Origin: Mobula hypostoma
Lineage: Eukaryota
Direction: 5' to 3'
Length of the DNA stretch: 64,000 nucleotides
Assembly: GCF_963921235.1 (NCBI RefSeq)
Contig: NC_086108.1
Coordinates: forward strand, 496,001 to 560,000
Shown: piece by piece, positions 1-12,973 of the stretch
Layout of the letters: each line of letters starts with the position of its first letter
How positions within the stretch are numbered: position 1 is the stretch's first letter
Position numbers and translations under genes: made by a program
The notes under the pieces: model-generated
The model's input: only the letters and a program-made list of their open reading frames with translations
Databases searched by the model: none
Told to the model about the DNA's origin: nothing

Positions 1-624
1 TCAAACAAAACAGTGTTCCCTGGAGCCAAGGTGTAAAACATACACAGCACAAGGCACACACAGCACATACAGGATAGGAAGCAAACATACAGTCTTACAA
101 AACAGAAGTGTGTATATATAGCCCAAGCCCCTGAGTGCCATGTTTTCAAATTGTCGGGTCATGGGTGCAATTGGCAAGAAAACACGATTTTCAGTAATCC
201 ACAGACAAATATATGCCCACAATCCAGCAAGAGAGTCCAGCCCCCAACCAAACATGGATGCTGTGCTACACTGCCTCGGGATCTCCTCTCCTAAATTGTA
301 GCAACAGCTAAGTCCACGGCTTGAGGCCTAGTCCTTGCTACTGCCAGAGTACACAACTCGCCCATCCGCTGCCACACCAACAAACAAGGGAAATGGAATT
401 ACGGCATCTTAGGTTATCAATGCCCAACAGGGTCTTGCGATTGCAAGAGAAAATGTCCAAGCAATCTCCCAACAACACAGTAGCAGGCAGCAACACAAAC
501 GGCTTGCTGACCTGCAGTACCCAAAGTTCTTAAAGTCCATTATTGACTTGGGATCATAAAAAAATACAAAAACACCTTTGGTTGTCCCTGGAGAGGCCAC
601 TGTGTCCAAACACACTGCCATCAT

Positions 625-1132
625 ACTGGAAAGATGTTAATAAGATTGAAGGGTAGAGAGAAAATTTACAGGGACTTTGCTGGGACTCAGGACATGAGTT
701 ATAGAGAAAGGTTGAGTAGCTTATAACTTTATTCCCTAGAGAGTTCCTTTTCTTATGCCATGGAGCCTTATCATTAACTGGAACCCCTGATAGAGGTGTA
801 CAAAATTATGAGGGGTATAGATAGGATGAGTGCTTTTTCCCCTCAGGTTGAGTGAGACTAAAAGTAGAGATCATAGGTTTAGAGCGAAAGGAGGATCTGA
901 GGGAGAACTTCTTCACACAAGGGGTGATACAGGTGTGGAACGAGCTGCCATTGAAAGCAGGTCCAATTGCAACACTTAACGGAAGTTTGGATAGGTAAAC
1001 GGATGTGGGGGGGAATGCGCGGGGGGATATGGAGGACTATGGTCCAGGTGCATGTCAATGAGAATAGACAGAGTTTGGCATGGGCTAGATGGGCAGAAGG
1101 GCTTGCTTCTGTGCTGTAGTGCTCTATGACTT
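625..1132 (+). mobile_element. Old CR1-type LINE 3' fragment
   Basis: Degenerate ORF2 C-terminus (gaggtgtacaaaattatgaggggtatagatagg; aacttcttcacacaaggggtg) followed by the family 3' UTR (gaagggc..ctgtgctgta..ctctatgact). Confidence 0.75.
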
Positions 1133-2399
1133 TATAAAAACAGAAAGTGCAGAATCTGAAACAGTCAAAAAAGCAGGGGCTATAACCCTGAAACATTAAC
1201 CATTTCTCTCTCTACAGATGCAGCTTGCTATGCTGAATTTTTACAAAGGATTTTTTGTGTGTACAAATATAAAACCAGCTTTTTCTCGTTCCTAGTATCA
1301 CATAAAATCCAAGACTCACAGAGAGATACAGCATAGAATCAGGCCTTTCATACCATTGAGTGAGGACACCCAGCAGGACTGACAAAAACAAGACCTGACA
1401 CAGGGCGAATGAGCTCCTTGCAAGCCAACGGCCATCTTCCGTGGAAGAGATGAAAGCCTCACCACGTATCTACGAATCATATGCTATGCACCTAGTTAGA
1501 GAAGACATGGTCAACTTGGATGCTGCACCATGTGCCTGGGCCCGCCCAAGGCCTCCGCCTAAGGAAGGGCCGAGCTCGAAGAAGCAGCCGTGGATGGAGG
1601 CCGACACGGCCTCGGGCTCGAGTTCAGTGGGGGCGGCGGCCAGCGAGAACAGCTGGAGGAGGGGCTATACTCAGTGCTGTCGAAGAAGATGGAGGTGCAT
1701 AGCCACCAACCCTGGATTCGGGACAGCACCCACTGACTGACTGACCATTGAGTCCATCCTGACCACCAACCACCCATTTATACTCATCCTACATCTGGTG
1801 TGTTCCCCGCTTCCTTTCCAGTCCTGAAGAAGGGTCTCAGCCCAAATTGTCGACTACTTATTCATTTCCATGGATGCTGCCTGACCTGCTGAATTCCTCC
1901 ATTTTTTTAAAATCCCATTTTATTTTCCCCACGTTTTTCGCCTAGATTTTACCCCTCACCTACAATTTACAGCGGTTAATTAACCCACCCGCTCATCCGC
2001 ACATTCTGCGTGGGATGAGACTGGAGCACCCGGCGGAAGTCCACAAACAGAACACGCAGTCTTGGCACGGGGAGAGATCAGGATCGTACCATAGAACTCG
2101 GGGGATCTGCTACTGGGCTGCCCATAGTACACAGCGCTGGAAGCTGGGTAGTTTACACAGTGGCCACAATGGCCTCTTCTGTTCTGCAAAGGTCTGTGAT
2201 TCTCTGTTTGCCACACACTCATGCCACCTTAATTCCTCGTCCAACAATTCCAAGATGTGTTCGCACATTCTGCTTTCAATGGGTGAGCAAGAGAGGGAGT
2301 GAAACTGTATTCAGCTGGGATTACAACCCCTTCATCCCACCCCAAGTTAATGTGAATGGGGATCGAGGCCAAGTAATTACTAAATTTATTTATTTAGAC

Positions 2400-2479
2400 C
2401 AGGGGTTCCCAACCCTTTTTATGCCATGGACCAGCACCATTAAGCAAGGGGTCCATGGACCACAGGTTGGGAACCCCTG
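2400..2479. mobile_element. 80-bp hAT (Charlie-like) MITE with 8-bp TSD ATTTAGAC
   Basis: Terminal inverted repeats (TIRs) CAGGGGTTCCCAACC / GGTTGGGAACCCCTG. ATTTAGAC at 2392-2399 and 2480-2487. Confidence 0.92.
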
Positions 2480-2487
2480 ATTTAGAC

Positions 2488-2675
2488 TTTAACAGGCCCT
2501 TTCGACCCAGCAAGCCCACAGTGCCCTGTGGCCAATTAATCTACTAACCTGTATGCCTTTGGACTGCGGGAGGAAACCCGAGCACCCGGAGGAAACCACA
2601 TAGTCACAGGGAGAAGATAAAAGCTCTTTACAGGCAGTGGTCGGAATTGAACCTGGGTCACTGGTACTGTAATAG
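2488..2675 (-). mobile_element. tRNA-derived V-SINE (HE1-like)
   Basis: Reverse complement of the core gtggtttcctccgggtgctcgggtttcctcccgcagtccaaag and a B-box-like gggttcaattcc. Confidence 0.75.
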
Positions 2676-2679
2676 GAAT

Positions 2680-4545
2680 GTAGAAACATAGAAAACATAC
2701 AACACAATACAGGCCCTTTGGCCCACAAAGCTGTGCCGAGCATGTCCTTGCCTTAGAAATTACCTAGGGTTGCCCATAGCCCTCTATTTTTCTAAGCTCC
2801 ATGTACCTATCCAGGAGTCTCTTTAAAGACCCTGCGGTATCTGCCTCCACCACTGTCACAGGCAGCCCATTCCCCACACTCACCACTGTCTGTTTTAAAA
2901 ACGTACCTCTGATATCACCTCTGTACATACTTCCAAGCACCTTCTTAAAACTGTGCCTTCTCGTGCTAGCCATTTCAACCCCAGGAAAAAGCCTCTGACT
3001 ATCCACACAATCAATGCCTCTCATCATCTTATACACCTCTATCAAGTCACCTCTCATCCTCCTTCACTCCAAGGAGAAAAGGCCGAGTTCACTCAATCTA
3101 TTCTCATAAGGCATGCTCCCCAATCCAGGCAACATCCTTGTAAATCTCTTCTGTACTTTTTCTATGGTTTCCACATCCTTCCTGTAGTGAGGCAACCAGA
3201 AATGAACACAGTACTCCAAGTGGGGTCTGACCAGGGTCCTATATAGCTGCAACATTACCTCTCATCTCCTGAACTCAATCCCATGATTGACGAAGGCCAA
3301 TGCACCGTATGCCTTCTTAACCACAGAGTCAACCTGCGCTGCAGCTTTGAGTGTCTGAAGGACTCGGACTCCAAGATCCCTCTGATCCTCCACGCTGCCA
3401 AGAGTCTTACCATTAATACTATATTCTGCCATCATACTTGACTGACCAGAATGAACAACCTCACACTTACCTGGGTTGAACTCCATCTGCCACTTCTCAG
3501 CCCAGTTTTGCACCCTATCAATGTTCTACTGTAACCTCTGACAGCCCTCCACACTATCCACAACACCTCCAACCTTTGTGTCATCAGCAAATTTACTAAC
3601 CCATCCCTCCACTTCCTCATCCAGGTCATTTATAAAAATCACAAAGAGTAGGGGTTCCAGAACAGATCCCTGAGGCACACCACTGGTCAGCGACCTCCAT
3701 GCAGAACCACTCTTTGCCTTCTGGATCCACAAACCAATGTCCCCTTGGATCCCATGCCTCCTTACTTTCTCAATAAGCCTTTCATGGGTACCTTATCAAA
3801 TGCCTTACTGAAATCCATATACACTACATCTACTGCGCTACCTCCATCAATGTATTTAGTCACATCCTCAAAAAATTCAGTCAGGCTCGTAAGATACGAC
3901 CTGCCTTTGACAAAGCCATGCTGACTATTCCTAATCATGTTATGCCTCTCCAAATGTTCATAAATCCTGCCTCTCAGGATCTTTTTCATCAACTTACCAA
4001 CCACTAAAGTTAGACTCACTGGTCTATAATTTCCTGGGCTATCTCTACTCCCTTTCTTGAATAAGGGAACAACATCCGCAACCCTCTAATCTACCGGAAC
4101 CTCCCCAATCCCCATTGATGATGCAAAGATCATTGCCAGAGGCTCAGCAATTTTCTCCCTCACTTCCCATAGTAGCCTGGGGTACATCCCGTACGGTCCT
4201 GGTGACTTATCCAACTTGATGCTTTCCAAAAGCTCCAGCACAACCTCTTTCTTAATGTCTGTATGCTCAAGCTTTTCAATCCACTGCAAGTCATTCCTAC
4301 AAATTACCAAGATCCTTTTCCGTAGTGAATACTGAAGCAAAATATTTATTAAGTACCTCTGCTATCTCCTCCAGTTCCATACACACTTTTCCACTGTCAC
4401 ACTTGATTGGTCCTATTCTCTCACATCTTATCCTCTTGCGTTTCACATACTTGTAGAATGCCTTGGGGTTTTCCTTAATCCTGTTCGCCAAGGCCTTCTC
4501 ATGGCCCCTTCTGGCTCTCCTAATTTCATTCTTAAACTCCTTCCA
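2680..4545 (-). mobile_element. 5'-truncated, frameshifted CR1 LINE (ORF2 reverse transcriptase and 3' UTR)
   Basis: Minus-strand ORF pieces with [35 protein letters not shown] and LVRPHLEYC. (ctatgttt)n tail at ~2681-2699. Confidence 0.92.
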
Positions 4546-4644
4546 ACGTTACACTAACTGCTATCTACCATTCCACTCAACTCAGACCCCACTTCAAGTT
4601 CAAGTTTATTGTCATGGGCGTATATACACACTTTCATAAACCCG

Positions 4645-4822
4645 GAGTTTAAGAATGAAATTAGGAGAGCCAGAAATGGCCATGAGAAGGCCTTGGCGAA
4701 CAGGATTAAGGAAAACCCCAAGGCATTCTACAAGTATGACAGTGGAAAAGTGTGTATGGAACCAGACGAGATAGCAGAGATACTTAATGAGTACTTTACT
4801 TCAGTATTCACTACAGAAAAGG
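4645..4822 (+). mobile_element. Inverted, internally deleted copy of the 5' end of the adjacent CR1
   Basis: EFKNEIRRA..HEKALANRIKENPKAFYKY|DSGKVCME..; reverse complement of ~4314-4540 with one internal deletion. Confidence 0.85.
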
Positions 4823-5499
4823 GTTCTAGTTTTCTTAAACACCTGTATTTCTAATCGTTAGAGCCCTAAGGTTCTTGTACTTCCTGTTTAATCTTGTTAA
4901 GTTAATTATGATTGGCATGGGTTTCCTGCATCCAATGGTTATTTAAAGAGGGCTCTTATTTGGTGCTGGAGCAGAGTCTTTGTGCTTGTCCAAGGGAAGG
5001 GCAAGGGCCGATACAGCTTGGCACCAGTGTCATCGCAGGAGTTGCCAGAACAAGGTTGAAGGCAATGTCCGATTGCCTTAGGGACTCCAGCTCCTGATTT
5101 ATCCTCAGGGTTTACTCCTGAAGCCTTTCCCATGAGTGGGTTTGGCCACAAGGCAGCAGAGGTTTGGAATCAGAGTTTTCCCTCTCTTCGATGGACTGCC
5201 TTCCCAGGCTGACGAGCTCGATCTACCCAAAGCACTGGTTTTAAGGCACCAGGACCTGCCTTCGCCCCTTCTCCTGTCAGTAGAAACAGTTCCGCCGGGC
5301 TTAGAGGCTAAGCCACACGAGAAGGCCAGGAGTTGGACTTGGTTGTCAGAGGCTATTTGAGGTGCATGCCGTGAGGAGCACTTTTAGGTAGTGGGAGCTT
5401 GCTCCCACTACCAGTCCTCAGCTTGACAACCTTGGAACCATGCATAGCTTTACATAATTGTACACAAACCTTTCCAAATTTTATACCTTTACAATTTTT

Positions 5500-5800
5500 A
5501 TCAATGCAATATAGAAAGAATTCTATCTGGATGACAAACAGCTTGCTACAGCGACAGCTCTGCACATGACCGCAGGAAACTACAGAGAGCTGTGCACACA
5601 GTTCAGTACATCATGGAAAGCCAGCCTCCCCTCCATGGATGCTGTCTCCACTCCTCACTACCTCAGTAAAGCAGCTAGCATAATCAAAGACCCCAGTTTT
5701 CCCAGACATTCTCTCTTCCACCCCTTCCCATTGGGTAGAAGATACAAAAGCCTGAAAGCACGTCCCACCAGGCTCAAGAACAGCTCCCAACCTACTGTCT
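5500..5800 (+). mobile_element. Rex1/Babar-like LINE 3' fragment (one of many; others at ~9820-10100 +, 10200-10660 -, 22495-22780 +, 33060-33250 -, 34880-35545 -, 35770-36140 -, 39590-39790 +, 41625-42230 -, 44370-44780 -, 55350-55790 -)
   Basis: Recurrent C-terminal peptide KAASIIKDPxHPxHxLFxLLPSGRRYRSLxxxTTRFRNS. The 35-kb copy also shows ILTGCITVWY. Family assignment is from memory of the Rex1/Babar RT C-terminus. Confidence 0.65.
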
Positions 5801-6316
5801 TTGGCCAAGTCATTAGGTATATTGAAAGCAGAAGGTGATAGTTTCTTGATTAGTAGGCATCAAAGGTTACAGGGAGAAGGCAGGACAATGAGGTTGAGCA
5901 GGAAAATAAATTAGCCATGATGGAACGGTGGAGCAGACTCAATGGGCCAAATTCTACACCTATGTCTTATGGTTATCAGACCCTTCAATGGACCTCATGC
6001 AATAAGCTGGACTCTTGACCTCATAATCTACTCACTCTACTCCTGCACTTTATCATTTACCTGCACTGCTCTTTCTTGGTAGCTTTTAAACCTTATTCTG
6101 CCTTGTTAATGTTTTACTTTGTACTACCTAAGTGCAAGGTGTAATGATTTGATCTGTATGAAGCTTTTCACTGTACATGTCACAGTAATAAATAGGTAAC
6201 AATATCAAATAATCCTGAGCTCAAACCCACTGAAGCCCTTGATTTTCTCTCCATTATCTTCAGTTCCTCCCAGCCATTTGCATTTATTCTACTCTCTATA
6301 AACCTGGGCAGCATAC

Positions 6317-7497
6317 TGTCATGGTCCGGTCCGTGAAGTCCAGATTCCCGTTCACGGTCCAGTCTATTGCTCCTTATTTCGGGTTTTCTGGTTTTCCCTT
6401 TTTCTGTTGGGTGCTGTAATGGAGGCAGCTGATTCACATTTTGGGCTGGCTACATAAATAGCTTCTTGGTTCAGCTTCCATTGCTGGATTGTTCCTGTCT
6501 AAACCCCCTGTCTGAATCCCTTCTTTGCCCCTGCCTCCTGAAGCCTTGCCCTGCAACCAGTATCTGAAGCCTTGCCTCGCCTAGAGCCTTGCCTCGCCTG
6601 TAACCCTTGCCTGCAACCTTTGCCTGTACTGCTGTCAAGTTCAACCACCAGAGCAAGATAGGAACCGTCTATTGTTGTTTTGAACTGTCTCTGTGTCCAC
6701 GCCTTCGCTAGGTAGGTCCAGCCGTTTGCCGCTACTTAGTGTTGGGAACTGTCTTTGTGTCCATGCCTTCGCTAGGTAGGTCTGGCTGTTTGCCGCTACC
6801 TTGTGTTGGGAACTGTCTCTCTGTGTTCTGTGTACAAGTCCCGGCCCTATGTCCTGTTCCCAAGGAGGGGTCCTGGCTCTGTGTTCCATGTCTCTGCGTT
6901 CCTGTCTCTTCCCTGACCAAGTCAAGGCTTCAAGGTCTCGTCCTGTCCTTGTACCTTGCCCAGCCCAGAAGTACCTCGTCTAGTCCTAGCCATGTCCAAG
7001 AACCTTGTCCTGTCCAAGTCAAGGCTTTGTGCTCTCATCGTGTCCATGTGCCTCGTCCTGTGCAGGAGTTCCACGTCCTGTTCTGCAGCCATGTCCTGTC
7101 CTCGCCTAGTTCCAGAGTCTGAGCCTGAGTCAAGACCCAGGTTCTGGGTCCTTGTCCAGTCTCTGGCTTGGAGTCCGAACCCAAGCCTCGAGGAACCCAA
7201 GTCATGTCCAGTCCTGTAGCCACGTCATGTCTTCGCCTAGTTCCAGGGTCCGAGCCTGAGTCAAGACCCAGGTTTCCGGTCCTTGTCCAATCTCTGGCTC
7301 GGAGTCCAAGCCCAGGCTCCTAGTTCCCTGTTCCTTGTCCTGGTCCTGCTTCCAACGTCCTAGCCCAAGTCTGTGTTCTTGTCCCAGCTCCTAGTCTGCA
7401 TCCAGTCATGTCCCCAACTCTAGTCCTGTCCTGTTCCTAGTACTTCAGCGTCTGTGTCTTGAAGTTGGGTCTGCCACCAATGCCCCACTTTATGACA
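6317..7497 (+). mobile_element. Solo LTR (1181 bp) with 5-bp TSD CATAC
   Basis: Ends TGTCAT...ATGACA. CATAC at 6312-6316 and 7498-7502. TATA-like tacataaata at 6451. Internal tandem duplications (e.g. ~7090-7200 and ~7225-7315). No coding domain. Confidence 0.88.
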
Positions 7498-7502
7498 CAT
7501 AC

Positions 7503-7755
7503 AATGCTTTACAGTACCAGTGACCTGGGTTCAATTCCCACTGCTGTCTGTCAGGAGCTTGTATGTTCTCCCTGTGATCAAATGGGTTTCCTCCAGGTGC
7601 TCCGGTTTCCTCCCACAGTCCAAAGACACACCAGTTGGTAGGTTAATCGGTCATTGTAAATTGTCCCGTGATTAGGCTCGGGTCAAACCGAGGGATTGCT
7701 GGGCAGCATGGCTCGAAGGACCTATTACGGGCTGTATCTCAATAAATAAATAAAC
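7503..7755 (+). mobile_element. V-SINE (HE1-like); further copies at ~8230-8430 +, 8452-8640 +, 8925-9185 -, 13780-14040 +, 36378-36665 -, 40700-41050 +, 41240-41420 -, 42440-42640 +
   Basis: tRNA-like head (gctttacagtaccagtgacctgggttcaattccc), V-core gggtttcctccaggtgctccggtttcctcccacagtccaaagac, LINE-like tail gaagggcct..ctgtatctc and (aata)n end. Confidence 0.8.
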
Positions 7756-10700
7756 CTGATCCCGTCCATAATTTTGCTTACAAGCAAGAAGGGTCCATGG
7801 ACTTTTATCCATAGATGCTGCCTGACCTGATGAGTTCTTCCAGCATTTTGTGTGTTCCTCTGGACTTACAGCATCTGTAGAACCTCTTCTGTTATCGAAG
7901 TATGTATGCGTTACCTTGAGATTTGATTTTTGCTGGCATTTACAGGAACCCATTAATTGCTCAGCTCCCCCCCCGCCACCACTACATACTCCTCTCCACA
8001 GACTCTCAGCACTCTTTAATGCCCCTCTCCCTTTCACTTTCTGCTTACACTTTACACTGACACAGTCACAGTCCAACTGTGTTTTCATGTGCTCTGTTGC
8101 TACCTAGAAGAGTTTCACTTGCCAAGCCTCACTTAGTCAATTTACCATTTCCTGTCAGTCACCTTATGTACAGATACTCCTCATCTATTGTCACTTCATG
8201 TACATGCAGTTAATCTATGTATATAAGTCTGTATGTTCTCCCTGTGACCCTGTGGGTTTCCTCTGGGTGTTCAGTTTCCTCCCACCATCCAAAGAGGTAG
8301 TGATTGGTGGGTTAATTGGTCATTGTAAATTGTCCTGCGATTAGGCTCGGGTTAAATTGGGGGGTTGCTGAGTAGCGAGGCTCGAGGGCCAGTAAGGGAT
8401 GAAGAGCCTGTTCCGTGCTGCTTCTCTTTAAAACAAAACATAACTTTGTGGGGCCACACATTAGTGTAGTGGTTTGCACACCGCTTTATAGTACCAGCAA
8501 CCAAGATGTACCATTTGGTGGGTTAATTGGTCATTGTAAATTGTCCTACGATTAGGCTAGGATGAAATTGGAGGATTGCTGAGCGGTGAGACTCAAAGAG
8601 CCAGAAGACCCTATTCTGCACTGCATGTCAATTAAAATAAAGTTTAAAAACTAATCCTATGAATGTACAGCTACACTCAAACAGTTACTTGTACATTGTG
8701 TTTTATATGATTACTTTTATGTTTATATTTATTGTGTGTTTTCTCGCTCATTTTTTTTGTAATTTGTTTAAATTTGTTTAAAATGACGTAATTTGTTTTT
8801 TTGCACGTGGCGAAGACGGGGTTTGCTGTTTTTCGTTGAAGGTTTCTCTATATTTTGTGGTTGTCTGTAAAGAAGACGAATCTCTGGGTTGTACTCTGCA
8901 CACATACTTAGATAATTAACTTTTTATTGCGATACAGTACAGAGTAGGCCCTTCTGGTACTTCAAGCCACACGGCCTGGCAATTCCCCAATTTAACGTTA
9001 GCCTAATCACAGGAAATTTACAATAACCAATCAACTAATCAACTTACCAACTGGTACATCTTAAGACTATGGGAGGAACCCGGAGGAAACCCACCAGGAG
9101 AACGCACAAACTCCTTGCAGGTAGTGGTGGGGATTGAACCCATTTTGCCTCTACTGTAAAGCATTGTGCTAACCACTACACTACTGGAATTTATGAAAAA
9201 TATATACACAAACAAAGACTGACAAACAACCAATGTCCAAGAGTTAAACATGCCATTTCTCTGTGCAACACTGCTTACTATTCCTGTATAGTAACTTCTT
9301 CAGGAAGGGGTTGGTGAATCTATGGAATTCATTGCCATAAACAATGTGGAGGCCAAGTCATTGGGTATATTTAAAGTGGAGGCTAATATCCTTGATAGTC
9401 AAGAGTGTCAAAGGTAATGGGAAGAAGGTGGGAGAATGGGGTTGAGAGCTCCTATGTCCTGTAGTCTCATGGTCTTCTAGATTTGCGTGTAAGGTCACTC
9501 ATGGACTTTTCATTTTCAGAAGCATATTTGACTGGCTAATAGGCAAGGGTGTGGCAGACAGAATATAACCTAGGAAAACACTAAGTGACTCACTTCGAAC
9601 AGCAAAATAGATAGGTCGAATTTTTGTTTAAATAGTGGGGAACTGAAAAATGTTGCTGTTTGAAAGGTCGTAAGTGTGCGTGCACAGGTCTCTAGAAATT
9701 ATTATGCAGGAACAGCAAGCAAGTTGAAAGGTATGTTTGCCTCATTCCGTGAGGTTTTGAGTATAAGGGAAATCGCACTGTATTTATCTTGAGGCCTGGT
9801 GATACAGCCCAGTTCATCACAGGCAAAGCCCTTCCCAGCACTGAGCACATTTATAAGGAGCGCAGTCGCAGGAAAGCAGCATCCATTATCAAGGACCCCC
9901 GTCATCAGGGCATACTCTCTTCATACTCTTACCATCAAGCTGGAGGTACAGGAACTTAGGTCCCAGACCACCAAGTTCAGGAATAGTTATTACCCTGCGA
10001 CTGTCATTTTCTTGAACCAGTGTGGATAACTTCACTCAGCTCACCTCTGAACTGATTCCACAACCTATATACTCGCGTTCAAGGACTCTACAACTCAGTA
10101 TTACTATTTTATTAATTACTTGTACAGTGGTTGTCTGTTGGCCTTTAAAATTTAGTTTTTCATACATTCTATTATATTTTATTTTAAAAGTTAAAAATTC
10201 AATTGAATTTAATTTCAAAGTACATATATGTCACCATATACAACCCTGAGATTCATTTACTTGAGGGCATACTTAATAAATCCATAGAATAATAGCCATA
10301 ACAGAATCAATAAGAAACTGCACCACTTGGGCGTTCAACCAGAGTGCAAAAGACAACAAACTAGAATAATAATAATAATAATAATAATAAATAGATAAAT
10401 AAATAAACAAAAACAATTGGTATTGACAACATGAAATGAAGAGTCCTTGAAAGTGAGACCATTGGTTGTGGCAACATTTCAAGTGAAGATGAATGAAGTT
10501 ATCCCTTTTGGTTGAAAAACCTTACGGCTGAGGGTTAGTAACTGTTCCTGAACCTGATGATGTGAGTCTTGAGGCTCCTGTATCTCCTTCCCGATGGCAG
10601 CAGCAAGAAGAGGGAATGGCCTGGATGGTGGGAGCCCCCAGGGATGGAGGCTGTTTTCTTGCGGAAACATTTCAAATGTTTTCCTATAAGTGCAAGAAAA

Positions 10701-11054
10701 TGAATCTCAAGGTAGCGTATGTGCACTTTGATAATAAATTTTCTTTGAACCTTGAACTGAAGGCAGGACAGAGGGACTGCTGCAAGGTTTTGTCTGCGGT
10801 ACCTTCTGCACCAGCTGTGCTCATAATGCAACCATCTCTGTGGACTTTCTCTATACTTGCCAAGTTCAGATTAATTTATTACAGGCACATCAAAACATAC
10901 ACTTAAATGAGTTGTTTGCATTAACAACCAACACACCCAAGGATGAGCTGGGGGCAGCCCACAACTGTTGACCTCACAAACTACCCCCTGATAATCTTGC
11001 ACTTTATTGTTTACCTGCTCTGCACTCTCTTTGTAGCTGTTACACTTTACAGTC

Positions 11055-11880
11055 TCAGAGTACTACAGCAAGGAAACAAGCTCTTTAACTCATCTAGTTC
11101 ATGATGAACTATTATTCTCCCTAGTCCGATTGACTGGCACCCAGACCATAGCCCTGCATACTCCTCCTATCTACGTACAGTACCTATTCAAACTTCTCTT
11201 AAATGTTGAAATCGAACCCATATCAATCACTTCCATTGGCAGCTTATCCCACACTCTCACCACCCTCTGAGTGAAGAAATTTTCCCCTTGTTCCCCTTAA
11301 ATATTTCACCTTTCACCCTTAACCCATGACCTCTAGTTTTAGTCTCATCCAACCTCAGTGGAAAAAGCCTGCTTGTATTTACCTTGTCTATACCTCTCAT
11401 AATTGTTGTACCTCATTCTCCCACAGCTCCAGGTAATGAAGTCCTAACCTATTCAACCTTTCCCTATAACTCAGATCCTCAAGTCCCAGCAACATTCTTG
11501 TGAATTGTACTCTTTCAATCTTATTAGAACATAGAACATAGAAATTTACAGCACATCGCAGGTCCTTTGGCTCACAACGCCGACTATGTAACCCACTCTA
11601 GGAACAGCCTAGAATTTCCCTACCACGTAACCCTCTATCTTTCTATTTTATTGATAGCTTTTCTGTACGTAGGTGAACAAAACTGCACACAGTATTCCAA
11701 ATTTGGTCTCATACAACTTCCAAATAGCCTCCCAGCTCCTGTACTCAATACTTTGATTTATGAAGGCCAATATGCCAAAAGCTCTCTTTATGACCCTGTC
11801 TACCTGTGACATCTCTTTCCTAGATCCCTCTGTTCCACCTCACTTCTCAGTGCCCTGTCGCTCACTGTGTAAGTCCTGCC
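11055..11880 (-). mobile_element. Old CR1 3' fragment with a younger short CR1 tail inserted at ~11525-11645
   Basis: Reverse-strand CR1 ORF2 end (aactgcacacagtattcc; caccaccctctgagtgaagaaat). Insert begins with (agaacat)n. Confidence 0.65.
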
Positions 11881-12973
11881 CTGGCACATTGTTATTGTTT
11901 GAGCTTGTTCTTCCTCAATGCACTGTGTACTGATCTGATCTGCGTGAACAGTATGCAAGACAAACTTTTCACTGTATCTCCATAAATGTAATCAAAACAA
12001 TTAAATTGCAAAGCAACACACACAAAATGCTGAGGGAACTCAGCAAGTCAGGAAAAGAGCAAACAATCTATATTTCAGGTTGAGATCCTTCTTCAGCACT
12101 GAGGAATCAATTCCAATTCCAGCACTTCCTGCAGGGGGTGACTTACTTAGTCAAAGGCGCTATACAAAGTCTGCTCAGAACTTGTCCAGAGGGAAGCAAG
12201 GAGATGGGGAACTAGAAAAAGAAGGTGATGAGTACTGTAAGTGCTTCCTCTGTAAGAGCTGTAGAAAGCATCTGTCTCTGCAAGGTCACTTCTGCCGTAG
12301 GTGAGTCCCATGGGTTCTCTGATCTGCTGGAAGGCAAGGTGAAGTACTCAGAGAGGAATAACATATATTGGAAAGGAAAGAGCCAGATTGTTCAAATTCC
12401 AAGCGGATCGAGTCTATGGAAGTGTGCCAGACCCCGTGCCTATCTGTCTGCCATTTTGTGGCTGTTTGTTCCAACATCTACATTCCCATCTTATTTATTT
12501 ATATTGCCCTCCCTCCTTATTGGCATGTCCCTGTCAGAGACAAACACTTGAAAATAGATGAGTCACTGGTTTTACGTCTTTCCAATTTTTTTTTAAGGGG
12601 GAAAGAATTGTTTTTGGCACCCAATGGGGTAAGGGAGCATAACATGATCGGAATGCTGCAGAGAAAAGGCGGAAGTGATAACCAGCCCTGACAGGAAAGG
12701 TAGCATTGTGTTTGTCTACACTCAAATGAACTGCAAGCTCTTGCACGAACAATAAGGGTCGGAAGCAAAGAATGTCCCAATGCAAAGTCCAAACATTGCT
12801 ACAAGATTATTGAGAATGCTGTTCCTGTGTCAGAATAGTGTTGTTCATTCTTTTTTTTTGCTCTGTGTGGGATTTCACTTGGGTTAGTCCTCATCTTTTG
12901 GGTCACACAGGGATGCAGCGGGTTCAGTCTCGCAGCTGCAGAGATCGGGTTCAGTCCCAAAATCTGGCGCTGT

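Noticed and set aside
4990..5430. Possible RTE-type element 5' region (similar idea for 13610-13750 and 28430-28600)
   Set aside because: The resemblance is only from memory and there is no coding motif to confirm it.
7503..7560. tRNA-like sequences (gggttcaattccc) at several sites
   Set aside because: They are SINE heads attached to the V-core; no complete cloverleaf.
12080..12792. Overlapping ORFs of 70-108 aa and a donor-like GTGAGT at 12301 in non-repeat DNA
   Set aside because: No recognisable domain or matched acceptor-donor pair; an exon of another gene cannot be supported without RNA data.
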